A DNA stretch of 63,798 nt, the filler included, from Folioceros fuciformis (lineage: Eukaryota), in NCBI GenBank assembly GCA_049999805.1. It is 4 parts of 4 records of this genome, joined end to end, with 100 filler letters (N's around TTAATTAATTAA, not from the genome) between each part and the next. Parts side by side here need not be neighbours in the genome. Positions count along the whole stretch, not along the records: positions 37,621 to 59,792 come from JBNGIO010003076.1; 3 more parts are not named here. The stretch is one strand, 5' to 3'. Shown piece by piece: positions 38,150 to 51,530 of the stretch (within the stretch, counting starts at the first letter, position 1; every line of letters begins with the position of its first letter). A model generated the notes under the pieces. That model ran no database searches, was not told the DNA's origin, and saw only the letters and a program-made list of their open reading frames with translations. The translations under genes were made by a program, and so were the position numbers.

Positions 38150-41100
38150 AGGGCTCGTAGATAATTTCATTCTTGAACTGAGCTTATGAGTCCAAATATA
38201 CTTGCCTAATGAAAGGCGTTTCAAAATCTTCGATGAGGAATACAAGCTCAGCTCTTTGCCCAACTGCGCAAAGTGCCGATGAGCGGACGGAAATTGTGTT
38301 GAGCGGATTAGGTCATGGGCCAAAAAAAAATAAAAAATCCTAATGGGTTGGTTTGTTAGCTCGCATCCATGTTAGTTGCGCCGTTTCCAGCTTTCCCAGC
38401 TGCAAATGCCCTAGACGATGACCTGCATGCTTAGAGAACTAGTCCGTTTGTAAACTCCAAATAATGAAATAATCAAAGATGAAATTGGCTCTTTAGAAAG
38501 CTGCTTTTGAATGGTCTACCATCGAAGGTGCAGGAGGGTTCATGTCCCACACGTGTGCTTGCTCAGTTTTTGCACCTCTAATTCATAATGAAGCAAGTTA
38601 GACACCACAAAAAGGTTTGGCAGCCTTGCAATTCGGTTGGATTCCATATCTACTTCCATAACCAATTCAATTTCAATTTGGTTTCGCTTGGACAGGATTG
38701 TCATGAAGGTGGAGTCCCCAATCCCCAAGCATTGGTATCTAGGTTTGTTTCTTCTCAAGGGAAAGTAACATGATTGATATAGCATGCCAAGGTAGCCACT
38801 TTTTCTCTCCAACTATAATACTCATTTCTCATGGGGAATCTAGCATCAAATCTGCCCCCAAATCTTGGATTCTTGATGTCCACTTTGGGAAAGCAACCAA
38901 AGCCAACATTGCACCAAATGGGGCACACCAAGTACAGAGACAATGGCACTTTTCAGTGAAAGCAGTGTAGCCCAAGGGCCTTGTAGTTTTCCAACACATT
39001 ACTTCTTCACTACATTTCAAACTCATACGAACGTTGATGCTTGTGCCAATGCGATTTCGTATCTTTTCATAATTATTCAGTGTTGTCGCGTCATGGGACA
39101 TGGAGAGGCTTTATGCTTCCTAAAATTGGCCACGGGAGTAGCCCTTATCCCTGCCGACTTGAGCATGTCCCATAAACAATGAATTGTGGTCGATATACAG
39201 CAAACAACTCGTTTTGGGTTGCACGCTTGCACGCTTGGCGCTCGCCGGACTGAATACCGTAAACATGGTGAAGGGGCAATAGCAATAGTAGGAGGGTGAT
39301 TGTGATCCAGAGAAGGTGTATGGTTCCGTGCCCATGGTCTATGCTTATATGCGGTGGGCGTAGAGTGAAGGCCTATGGGTTGGTTCGATTCTGGTGGTCT
39401 AGTATAGTGGAGTTCATGGTATAAAGCACAAATAAAATATATAAGAAATGGTGTAGAGTGTGTGAGTGTTGTGTTCACTTTCCATGTTTGTGCGCATCCA
39501 TTTAATCACCCTACTAGCAAGCATGTTTTTCTCTATATGCCAAATGTCTCCTTTGGACCTCATCCCAAAGTGAACATATGCAGTGTGTTGTTTTTAGCAA
39601 ACCTAAAGAGAGGGTCCATCTACTTTGGCATGCCATAGATTGAGCCAATACCAGGTCAAAGCATTGCGACTCGCTCTTGCATCGCCTCTCCTTACTACCA
39701 AGCTTTTGCCAAATGATAGCTACTCGATAACTTGCTTATCATGGATGGCTATGATCAAAGAGCTTAGAGGATTTGAATATCAAACTTGCTAATGTACATA
39801 CTCTATAGAATGAAACCCACGTCCTCCACTTTTAGCACCCGTTGGCCCAATCCTTGTCATAGTGAAAAGCTTAGGATGCGTCTTCTAGTTTTCTTCATAT
39901 TTTGCATTCATGTCTAATAGGCTTGTACCCACCAATACGCCCTCTTTCCATTTTCTGTCAATGTGGCAGGAAAAACAAATTATTACCTTGCTTAGTAAGG
40001 CAAGTATGGCATGCAAAAGCAAACATACCGTCTCTATCTGGGATTGACAAAAGTGTTCTCATAGAGAAGAGGATGAATTAAACCCTTCTTGCCAAAGAAG
40101 ACATTAGGGAAAAACTGTATACATACTTGCTTGCAATGTTATTGAATGGATGTGCATAGACATTGAAAGCAAACAAGGACACTCTACACACTCGCACACT
40201 CCATCACTTTTGCCTTCGCCATTTCTTATGCATTTTAGTTGTGCTTTGCATCATGAACTTCATTTTATCAGAACATCGGCATTGCATCAACCCATCTCCC
40301 AGCGCTTGCCCTCTCGCTACTGCCCCTTCAACGTTTAGGGGGTAATTTGCATGGCATGCACCTCAAGTGCCGAAAAGGGTTGTTTGCTGCCCACCGACAA
40401 CATTGTAGTGTTTAAGGGACATGTTGCAGTCAGCAACTTGGCTACCTAAGTCCAAACCAAGGCTACATGGTGCACCCACGGCCAGTCTTAGGCCTTATTT
40501 GGGATGCTGCAATCAATCGCGAGCCTACCTACAACTCAAAACGGGCTGCATATGGCTACATGGCCGATTGTAGCATCTCCCCTACCATGCCAAAAACTAT
40601 CTTGTAGGCACCTGCAGCCCGTTTCAGGTGGTTGGCGCACGAGAGGTAGTGCTTTTGCCCACTTTGCTCATCTTGGACTCAGCCTCCGAACCATGGCTGG
40701 AGGTTGCAAATGCGGCTAACGTTGACCCTTATAAGAATTGCTGCAATTGGCTGTGCAGCCAATTGCAACTTGAAACAAAGCTGCACATAGCTGTGTAGCG
40801 ATGATCAAGAGTAAGATAGTTTCTAGTGACAACATAAATCAAAGAACAGGCTAATAGTGGACTTTATGGAAGTGCAAAACCTCTCCAGGACAACGTAGAA
40901 CATTCAAAACTGTGATATTCTGTGTGCTTGTTTGCCCTATTTGTGTTTGCTTCAATACAATGTCACGTTTGGTTGGTTTTCAAAAGTGGACATAAAGAAT
41001 CCATGAATTGGGGACAAATATCGTGGTAGATGCTCCAAAAGAAATGACTATAATAATTGGAGAGAGAGTGGCTTGGTTTGGCTGGCCATAGGCAAGTAAA

Positions 41101-41600
41101 AGGAACAAGTTTTTATGTTGTTGCATAGCATGTTTAAGCCGTTGCATAGCATCTTAAAGCCGTTGCTATGTATACATAAGTATCCTAGCATCCCTTGTTA
41201 CCACACTTTTTGTTTCATGCTATCCAGAACATGACGTGCAATCTTGGTGTTCACTACATTTTGCATCCATTTTCCTAGGTAGATGCCCACTAATATGTAC
41301 GGCATGCCAAAGCAGACAATCTCTCTCCATATTATATTCTGTTCTTGTGGGTATCTACCAACATATCCCTCTATGATTCTGGGAATCATAGTGTCTAGTT
41401 CGGGCGTCCAAAATGGTCAGACATTGCACCCAAGATGACACAAAAAAACGCAAAGAAGCATCCAATTAAATAAGATATTGCAGCAAAGGAACACAAAAAG
41501 TGCAGACAACCTTAGCGAAAACGCACTAGAACTTAGGGTTTCAGTAGAGGAGAGGAAGCCCTAAAGTTTTGCATTACATGCGATGACGCAAACGCTTAGC
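38150..41600. mobile_element. Decayed AT-richer transposon-like region containing an old inverted duplication
   Basis: No credible ORF, lower GC than the flanking genes, and diverged inverted arms at ~39120-39507 and ~40140-40460. Family not identified. Confidence 0.4.
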
Positions 41601-42963
41601 GACATTGTTGGCAATGCGATTTTGGGTGCCGTCTGCACTATTCATCGGTGTCCCCAATAGGTTTTCCGCTCCACAAACCCCCAATCAACTTACTCCTTCT
41701 TGGTGCACCGCTAACACATGCCAGCCATCTATGATTGCTTGAACTCGGCCGTGGGTTACCATGTACTCACTTACGTGCATCAGGCTAACCTGCGGGTGGC
41801 CCCGCGATCGGCCAATGCGTATGCCACATTCCAGAGTGCTTGCCCGCATGACTAAAAACGTATGGAATTCAGACCCCACGCGGAAGTCATCTCGAACATA
41901 AAGCCTTTCTAGGTCAAAGATGGACAAAAGCGCAGTTCAAGTGTAGCACACACAGATTAATTACACAATTACCAATGCTATTGCAATGTAAAGAAAAGTA
42001 ACTTATCTAGTGGCTGCTTTGTTGAACATGCAGGTATCGCATGCCTTGTGGAGAGTAAGCTTGTCAGCTAGTTGTTGGGTGGTAGATCGTCAGTGCCTGT
42101 TGCTTCCTTACATCGCCAGCAGCTGTTGCTTGGTTATAGGCTGCGTTGTAGGGTTGCTACTTATATACATGTTTGCATCCATATTTCGGTGTTTTATTGT
42201 CTCACAACCAGCTGAGTGGCGTTGCTGTGGGGACATTACGCGTGAGCCATCTTGCTCTGTCCAGTTAAGGCCAGCATAGGTGGTCCATAGTTTGTAGCAC
42301 TTTCAGCGTCTGAAAGCTGTATATCCCCAAGTTCTTTAGCTCAATGCCAGTCCCTACTTCTCTTAGATACACAGAACAACCTCTGAGTGAGACCATCCGT
42401 GAGGCCATCCCAACCTCACTGCTCTCCGGCTGCTTGCCCTGTCGAACAATCGTTTCTCAGGGCCTGTTCCGGACTGGATAACCACACTACTGCAAGCCCT
42501 GTCCCTTTCCAGCAAATCTGGTCTCAGGGGAAAACCTGTGACATATTGCAGCTGTCCAGGGATTTCAGAGACAGAGCAGTGCTGCTAACTTGAGCAGAAG
42601 TTTTCTACCCGGAGAAACGGATCTGACAACAACCTGTATTCCACAGGACATAGTCTTGGTGGGTCTTCGGTACCTCAATCTGTTAAGCAACGATCTTGAG
42701 AACAGATCGCTCGCAGCCTAAGAAACCTGAGCGTTCCGGAGACTTTCGGATTTTTCAAACACTGGTACAGGGGTCGGGTACAAGCTCTCTGTCTTCAAGA
42801 GGTCGAACAGAAACCTAACCAGGCCCGTCTCCAGCAGGAACCAGTTTCCAAGGATCCTTTCGCGCAGGGCCTTCTGCAGTAGTCGTAGCCTGAGGTGGCC
42901 TGCCTCTTCCCCCTTACTGCGTGCAACAGGGTCAGGACGGAGGAAGAGCAGACGCAGGTGGAG

Positions 42964-44323
42964 ATGGCCAAGAGCAAGTATGCTTATGTGAAGAACTTCG
43001 AGGACCAGAGCCCACTGCTACCTCATACGTGGGTCGTCATTCGAATCGACGGGCATGCTTTCACAAGGTGCGACCCGTCGCAGTGATCTATGAGCAACCT
43101 GTGTAGTGCCATCTCTGAAGGTCTTTCTCTTCTGCAGGTTCAGCGATGCGCACGGATTTCAGAAGCCTAACGACGAACCTGCTTTGCAGCTCATGAACGA
43201 GTGCGCAAAGAGTGTGCTTCAAGAGATGCCTGACCTCGTGTTTGCATACGGACAAAGCGATGAATACAGGTCTCTATCCCTACCCCAAAGCTTGATCTTT
43301 CTGCATCCTCCACCCAGCTGAGCATGAAAAGTTTCCGGTGTGGCAGTTTCGTGTTGAAGAAAACCAGCACACTGTACAAACGGCGCAGCAGGTAGCGGAG
43401 ATATCTCGACCTGTTGCAAGTCTGGTGAAAACTCATGTCTAACGCTTCTGATTTCGTACAGCAAACTGGTGTCCCTTGTCGTGTCGCTGTTTACGGCCAA
43501 TTACGTGATGATGTGGCCCGAGTTCTTTCCGGAGAAGACGTTGCAATACGCTCCGTCCTTCGACGGAAGGGCCGTCTGCTACCCTTCGGACAAGATTCTT
43601 CGAGATTACGTGTGTTGGCGTCAGGTTGATTGTAAGCCGTCTGTCATTCTTCTTCATTCGTCATTGATTGGAAGCTCGTCTTGCTAATCGGGCTGGAGCT
43701 TGGGGACACCTAAGGGCTGTTGTTACTGCTTTAGGTCATATTAACAACCAATACAACACCTGCTTCTGGCTGTTGGTCCAATCGGGGAGGTCCAGAGCTG
43801 AGGCACAGGAGACGATCAAGGTGGCTTGTCATACTTTAAACCTGAACAGCAGTGCTGTTGGGGCATCTTGCCGCTCTGACCTCCTTGCTTTGGCAGGAGA
43901 CGACAGCGAGCTTCAAAAATGAGCTCCTGTTCAACGAGTTCGGAGTGAATTACAACAACTTACCACTCATTTTCCGCAAGGGTTCCATGGTGCACAGGAA
44001 GGTGATAAGCTGCTCTGCCTTGCATGTCCTTTCTCTTCAGCCTCGGCATAATGCGGGAGCCTGATGTGCTTGCGTGACAGGTAGTGGACGTGATCACACC
44101 GCACGACGGGGAAGCGCACAAGACCACACTGGTGGTCGAGCATAATGATCTTATCCAAGACAAGTTTTGGAATGAGAACCCTCACATTTTGGGAACCACA
44201 AAGAAATCGTGGACAGTCGCAGTGGATTGCGATTCTTCCGACCCGACTCCTGAGTTAAAATGTGCAGAGAAGACGACAAAGAGTTTCGTGGCATCACGAG
44301 CTGGAGGCGAGCGGGATCCCTGA
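42964..44323 (+). CDS. THG1: tRNA(His) guanylyltransferase, single Thg1 domain, multi-exon
   Basis: [94 protein letters not shown]...FRKGS. Confidence 0.96.
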
Positions 44324-44898
44324 ATGCGACAGAGCTGCGTTCCATCACAGGCTGCAGGTGAACGGAATCTCTAGTCGGATCAAGACAAGTAACAGGGAAA
44401 AGAATCGCGAACAAGATGCCAGAGCTGCCAAGTGTACTCGACGCTGGTCTTCGAAAGTGACAGAAGGGCGGAAACCCACAGTCTTCACTAACTTTTCAAC
44501 CTTTTGACACAAGTTCTTGAGTGATTGATTTGCAACAAAATTTAGACTAGCACCTAATTGTGCTGACGGGATATCCGAGCTTGGTCTCGTCCCGCGATCC
44601 CATGGGCAATGCCCCAACTTAGCTTTGCAGAGGGCCAAATGGTATGAAATTTTGGGCTTATTATACAAAATCGTGCCACCCAGCGCTGCGAGAGTGAGTG
44701 TGAGAGATTCTCAGAACGACCCTCCGATTCCCTGCTGTTGGATTATGGAACCTCCAACTTTACCAGTACAGGCAAGAGTCGGTAAAGTCCTTCGCTCTTT
44801 CGCCGCCCACTCCTGAAAGACTGGTGTGACGCTTCCCAGCGGAGTGCTTTGATTCTCCCTTCGATCACAGCGATTTTCCCATTCGCAGCTGCTCGATA

Positions 44899-46314
44899 AT
44901 GGCGCCTCCGGCTCAGCAGTGCGAGCACCGATTTGTGCACCTGGCGAACGGCACCAACATCCACGTAGCCGAACAGGGCTCTGGTGAGCTCCCATTCTTT
45001 CAAGGAGCAAGCGTGACGTCAATGCCGTCCTTTTGTTATGGCCAAATAGCGAACTTGTGGGAACTGAGAGGTTGCATTCAGGCCCGGTGGTGCTGGTGCT
45101 TCATGGTTTCCCGGAAATCTGGTATTCTTGGAGACATCAACTCCCAGCCCTGGCCCAGGCAGGCTTCCACGCAGTTGCACCGGATCTCCGTGGCTTCGGC
45201 CTCACCGGGAACGTTCACGGGAGTGACAAGCTCTCCGTCATCGAGGTTGTCGGTGACCTGGTCGGCCTTATACAGGCTCTCGGGCAGCCACAGGTGCAAC
45301 GTTCTTTTCTCCCTCACACTTCACTCAATGCAGCTCTCACATTTCCAGATTCGTGAAGCTGAGCTGGCCGAGGCTTAATATGCCGATTGCCATTCCAGGT
45401 TTTTCTGGCCGCTCACGACATCGGAGCCATGGTAGGATTCACTCTTTGCTTGATCAGACCGGATTTGGTGAAAGGGTATGTTTCTCTCGGAGTCCCGTTT
45501 TTCCACCGGGAGCTCATCCCGACGGCGGCCTCTTCTAAGTCTGCCTTACCGGCGGGCTTCTATGTCATGCGCTTTGCGGTACCCCTTCTTCTTCTCGTTC
45601 TTCTCCTTCCCGGTGCAGGCCATTGCGATCTGACACCTCGCAACCAATTTTTACCCCTCTGCAGATGGCCGTCGTGAGTAACTGTAACCAGTTCCTTGAT
45701 CCTCCCGTGCTGCGCAGCAAGAGGGGAGGGCGGAGGCTGACTTCGCACGCTTCGACGTGCGGACGGTGTTCACCAACATCTACAAGCTCTTCTGCAGATC
45801 TGAGTTGCAGGTAGCGTTGGAAGGGGAGGAGATCATGGACATCGTGAAGCCTTCCGACAAGATCCCATCCTTCCTGTCCAGCGAGGACATCAATGTTTAC
45901 GTGGAGCATTTCGAGAAGTCCGGATTCTCCGATCCTGTCCGCTTCACTTACATCAACCTTTTCAGGTCTGACACGACAAGACAAGGCTACAGCAAGCTCA
46001 CACTTTCCTCCCTACTTTGTCCTTCCTCCGCTACCGACTCCGCTGACAGTGATCGCCATGGCAGAAACCAGGAGCTTCAGGCGGCATTGCACGGCAAAGT
46101 AATCACAACCCCAGCCCTGTACGTCATGGGAGAGAGGGACTACGCTCTGAGAATGTTCCCGCCTGGATCAGACTCCAACTTGGAACTGCTGCGGAAGGAC
46201 GTCCCCAGCCTCGAAGCCGTCGTCTCCGTCCCAGCCGGCCATTTCATGCAAGAAGAGGCGCCCGAGCAAGTGAACCAGCTTCTTGTGGAGTTTTTCCAGA
46301 AGCTGCTGTCGTAA
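44899..46314 (+). CDS. Soluble epoxide hydrolase (alpha/beta-hydrolase), multi-exon
   Basis: HGFPEIWYSWRHQ, APDLRGFG, nucleophile motif AHDIGA, lid Tyr in GFYVMRF, acid in GERD, catalytic His in AGHFMQEE. Confidence 0.93.
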
Positions 46315-47561
46315 ATCCATCAGGTTTGTGCGACACGTCTCTAGTAGAACTAACGAATGCTGCAGATCCTATATCCTAAGCTACAGAGTGCGATACGGAT
46401 AACGGCACGTCAAAATGGTTTTTTCTTCAACCATACATCTTTTAAGGCTCCACGATACTTCAAGTTCGTTTGTAATTTATCATTTTTTGTTTCTTCAAAT
46501 ACCATGAACGTTATCGTGGACATATATTGTGAGCTTGCTCCTCGAGCATCCTGTGCTGAAAATTCCACAACTCTTATGACTTCCTTCCCACCGGGACCAC
46601 GACTTGCACCGGCCCGTGGTAGTCTCCTGGACTGGCTCGCAAGCCGGGAAGCATCGCGGACGGGAAGGCGCAACGGGCCCTCACCCGCCTATTGCCGTTC
46701 TCCATATACATGCAGCACAGCACAGGACACCGTCCCTGGACGGAAGTGGGCAGAATGATTGGCGGGGCCCACGCGGCGCCAAAACTGTGGCAGACCGGAC
46801 CTGGGTCAGCCGATTTTTGTGAGCATGAGCCAATCCCGGCCCGGCGTCGTGCTGACTTGGCCCGCCCGCCACGCTGTCGCTCCACGTCGGCCCCGTCTTC
46901 CTCTCGGTGCACATGGTGCCGGCGAGGGTGTCGTCCTCTTGCCGCTGCTCCGCCTAGCGCGTTCCGCCGGACTGCTCCACATGGCTTCCCTGATCCGTAG
47001 CTAACCATCCTTGCCTTGCTCTGTCCGGCCCTGCTCGCTGCGCCGCGCGCACTCCATCGCTGCCTCTGCCTCCTCCATTGTTCTGCCCTGGTAGGCCACC
47101 AACCAAGAAGCAGCGTCGCCGCCGGAGACGCACTCCCGCTTGCGCACCTGCTGCTTCTGGCTTAGCACCAGCCTCCAGCCGGGTCTACCTCCCTCCTTCT
47201 CCGCGCCCCCCGCCCGCGACCTACTCAATTTCGTGCGGGCCGAGTCCCCTTCGCTTCCCACTGCGTGCCTCTGGCGCTCGCGGCGTGCTCGGATCCGTTG
47301 ACACTTTCGTGCTGCCTGCGGAGTCGCAGGAAGGCAGGCAGCTCGGCGTGCTGCGCCGCGGATGGTGCCCTGCCGGGGATATGCTTCTCGCCTCCCCTCG
47401 GGCCTCGTTTAGTCGACCTCGGACTTCGGCTAACTACTGGCTGTTTGCGATTCGTTTCGGCTTAATATGCGCTTAATTCCACTGCATTTCCCTCCTCGTG
47501 TACCGATTCCCCTGCTTGGGGTTACTGGAGCTCTGTTCTGCGCGCCTGGAAGCGGCGATCC

Positions 47562-50500
47562 ATGGACCTGTCGTTGGTCTTCAAGGCTAGGATAGGTGAG
47601 ATCGTGAGCCAGGGTTCTGCGATGCGTTGAGCACCCCCGGTTTCGGTTGTGCTGGAGTGGACTTTGTCTTGCTGGGTCAATTTGTGGTGTTGTGTTGCCT
47701 GCTTGCCTCATCTTGCGTGTTTCCTGGGATCGCAGCCATCCAGGCAGCAGCTGCCAAGGCGGAGCGTGTGCTGACGGAGATCAAGGCGGATTTAAAAGCG
47801 GAGCTATCTCGGCCTCTGAGCCCTTTGAGCCCCAACTATCCCACGCTCTTCCGAGGTAACTTAGCGCATGGGCCTTGCCATGGCTGCAGAACGATGATGT
47901 GACTGGTTCACTGTAGGGTAGGCCATAATTTGCAGCAGGAATGTCGGGGCAGCTGATCTGAGCCACCCAAGGCTCTTTGTCTGTGAGGTGACTCGAGTTC
48001 CCAAAGGAAGGCGTGAAATTTGGTCTTGCGCGCCTGTTCGTGACCTACGTGCTGTGGCTTGTGGCCGCTTTGCGCGTTCTGCAGGGTCGGATCCTGTCGG
48101 TGACTTGCCCTGGGTCGGTAAAAATGAGCATGAGAAGCAGCATGAGGCTGAGCTGCGTGTTCGAATACTGGAAATTGCCGAGGTTAGAGCAGCCGTCGAC
48201 CCGCTCCTCCTGTTCATGGACGTGACGACAGGGCATGTGTTGAGCTCTTTGTTACCGCTCCCTGTTTTGCTTGCTCCATTTGTGGTCCTGAACGGGCGTG
48301 CAGCGGCCGGAAGAGTATCTGCTCAAGGACTATGGCGAAGTTGTGGACGTGCGTGCAGACATGCAATCTGCTGGAGCCATTCTCGAGGTGATCTCTGGCC
48401 CCGCTGAGCGCCATACTGTATAACTGGAAGAACTATGTGGTGGTCGTAGGTTGGCCCTTTTTCGAGCTTCTTCCACGTTTGTACTGACTCCCTTGTCACA
48501 ACTTGTGTTGTGCTGTGCTGTGCTGTGCTGTGCTGCCAGTATGATGAAAACTTACGTAATTTGAGGTTCCAATATGTACCCAAGAAGATGAAAGAGCAAG
48601 AGTTCTGGAGACGTTACTTTATTGCTGTGAAGCACATTAAGCAGGAAGTCTACGACATGGATTGCGAGACGGGTCCAGATGCCACCGTCTCAAATGTCGA
48701 CCAGAGAACTGGTCAAGAGCCTTCTGATGCGGAACCAGACGTGAGTGTGGTGACGTAGTTTTACCTGATGGCTGGCTCGCGCATGATGTCTGTTCCCCAT
48801 TCTGGTGGTTGCAAGGGGCTCTATGACTTACTGTGGAGACTTTTATACCTGCCGGTTTCAGAGCCCTAAGAAGGATCCTGCAGAAGAAGAAGCTTATAAG
48901 AAGGCGTTCTCTGTGACAGCTATCCCTCCTTCTATGATTGTTCGGAGGCTGGCATCAGCTATTGAGTGCGTACATTTTCTTGTAGTTCTGAATTTTTCAG
49001 CTCTAGTATTCGACCGTAGGGAGGAGTGTCAACTCGCATGTGTTTTTATTAGTTATCTTCCATTACGTTTCTGCACATGCAGGACTGGAAAGACGGTCAA
49101 GAGCATGCAAGAACTGGCGACGCTGGGAAGGACAGGAAAGGACGCTTCTCAAAGTGGAGACTGGTCAAGTTTGATGGCCGGCTTTAGAAAACCCAAAACC
49201 AAGCTGGGAGTTGCCGGCGAGTATAACTCTCTGCTCTGGTCTCTATGTGAAGCAGGTTGGCTCAGTCGTTCTGGTTTTTCTTTTTCTTGTATGTTCCCTG
49301 CCCATGTTTAACAAAGGTAGCTCAGATGGGGTGAACTTGGGAGAATGATTCTATTCCTACAGATACGCAGTACGAGGAAAAGGTCGTGACTCGTGATTCA
49401 AGACCAAGACTTGCAGAGGAAATCCATGGGGCTCCTCCAGAAAGTTTTGTTGCTCAGCTTGCAGAAATTATGGCTGGAATCAAAACTGAGCAGAAAATGG
49501 CAGAGTTCTGGCTAGAAGTGGTCAAGGAGGTCCGTGCCACACCTTTTAGGGTTGTATGTTATGGCTACCAGGCAGCGTCCTGAGATTGAAGTACTCAAAG
49601 TGATGTGCAGCTAAGGCGACGCTGGGAAGAAGGATTGCCAATTTCACGCATGCCTGTGGACAGAGATCCAAATCTGCACTACTGTCTGCTCCATCAACAA
49701 CTTCAACTTATTAACTGCTGTATTGCAAGGCGCCAGCGGAGGGCTGAGACTCTGGACGCCTTGCGGTCACTTCGTGACTCCCAATTCGGCATGGAATTAC
49801 GTCTGGCGGATCAGGATCCATCTCTAGAAACAGAGTCTGTTGCGAGGGATCACACAAACGTCTCTCCCCCTCCAGTGCCGGCACTCTATGCAAGGCTCAA
49901 AACTGGCGAACTTGTCCTGAGGCTTGGTATTGATAAACCAGCTGGTGATCTTAGAATGCTTGAAACAAAGGAGCTTGTGTATTCTCCCATCACTCAGGTA
50001 AAGAATCATAGCGCAATAGAGCCGAGTTCACGCCCTATTTTATGTTTCCCCTGTGGTTTGCTTTGATTAACTTATTTGGTGGGTAATTCGTCCAATTTTG
50101 TAGGAAGCTGCTGTACTCACAGAGGACTTGCTTAGAGAGACAGAGGAACTTGTTTTGAGAACAAGAAGGTTTGTCCGGCAGTGACCCAAATCTAGTTAGC
50201 ATGGAGGTCGTGTAGCGCTGCATCCCTATAGACCCGGCACAACTCTGCTCTAATCATCACCGATTTGCAAATGTGCGCAGTGTTGGTGCAGGTTGTTCTC
50301 AGCTTTTCTCAGACATGCAAGCATTTCAGGTATGGGGGCATCTGTCACTTTGACTTTGTTTATCAGTACAATGTTGCAGTCATGACGCCGTGTTGGAAAT
50401 ATCAGTCATGCTTTGACTTTTTGAGTTCATTTGATTTTATAGGCAGCCAATCCCGGTTGCATTTTGGAGGATTTTGTGCGTTGGTATTCTCCTCTGGATT

Positions 50501-51530
50501 GGCGAGAGGAGCCTGGGTCTGGTATTGCCCATGGTTGTGAAGGTGGAGATAAGTTTGCAGTGCGAGGCTACCTTAGTGCGAGGATGCAATGTCAAGGTAG
50601 AGATACTCGTCTGGAAAGCGGTTGGCTTCACGTGGATATGTTCAATTAACCAGACGTAATCCCCCTTGCATGCTATGTTCAGGGAATTTGTGGCAGGAGT
50701 TGTGGGCGTCGGCAAGGCCGATCCCTGCTGTCGAGCAAGCACCTCTCTTTGATGAAGAACTTGAAGGGTATTATATTGTTGTTGGGTAGGGTTTTTTGAT
50801 AGCTTAGTCTCTCCAATTGTATCTTCCCCGTTGGTCAGGAAAGAGCTGACAGAGACACTGGCCTTGCAGAGAAGGTGCCTTGGATTTCCTGGCCGATGTT
50901 GCCCCATCAGATCTTTTCGAACAACTTTTCACTGCAGCGGTATGGTGTCTTGCCTCTCCGTTGATCGGGTTTTATCCAAAACGTTCTTTGATTGTGGGAG
51001 CTGACACTTAATGCTGGGTTTTGCGTCAGTTGAGTGCTGGTTTTGCAATTGCCGAGGCTTCACCGAGTGCGAAGCGGGAGCCTCTGTCCAGGTGCTTAAG
51101 GCAGTGCACGGAGTACATCATGTCGACCTGTGGCAGAGGAATGAGTGCCCAAAAGTTGGAGCATCTGTGTGAGGTAAGGGGGTTCACACCGGTGACCAGA
51201 ATGTTTTTTGCTCAGAATGATAGATCATTTACCTGGGTTTTCTGGCAGGCGTATGAGGTGATGCAAACTGCCATGCAATTGCCACCAGAAGATCTGGTGG
51301 ATTGGAAAGAATCTGAGCGAAGCGACGGTTCGGGTGACTGCAGCCCAGAATATGCCAACGATAGCCCGAAAGCCATTTTGAGGCGTCAGATGTTCAAAGG
51401 TGATTCTGGAAACATATTCACCAGGCTCTTCGAGGGCAGGACTACGCTGTTCGACAAGATTCCGAGCCGAAGGCCATTTCCTGAGGAAAAACGGCCTTCC
51501 CCGCCAGAAGGAGACTGGACCATGGTATGA
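47562..51530 (+). CDS. RAB3GAP1: Rab3 GTPase-activating protein catalytic subunit (plant type) with an inserted BSD domain, multi-exon
   Basis: MDLSLVFKARI|AIQAAAAKAERVLTEIKAD, EIHGAPPESFV, PNLHYCLLHQQLQLINCCI, YSPITQ|E, QLFSDMQAF|AANPGCILEDFVRWYSPLDW, GNLWQELW, C-terminal EGDWTMV*. Confidence 0.9.

Noticed and set aside
39350-39400. tRNA from the GGTTCGATTC B-box
   Set aside because: No T-stem pairing, acceptor stem or properly spaced A-box; it lies inside the decayed inverted arm.
45405-45430. Epoxide hydrolase AHDIGA instead of GHDWGA as a dead enzyme
   Set aside because: The nucleophile Asp, HGFP, acid and catalytic His are all retained; at most a specificity change.
46410-47480. Overlapping Arg/Gly/Ala-rich ORFs between the epoxide hydrolase and Rab3GAP1
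   Set aside because: GC-rich promoter/5' UTR-like DNA yields open frames on both strands; no motif or consistent exon chain.
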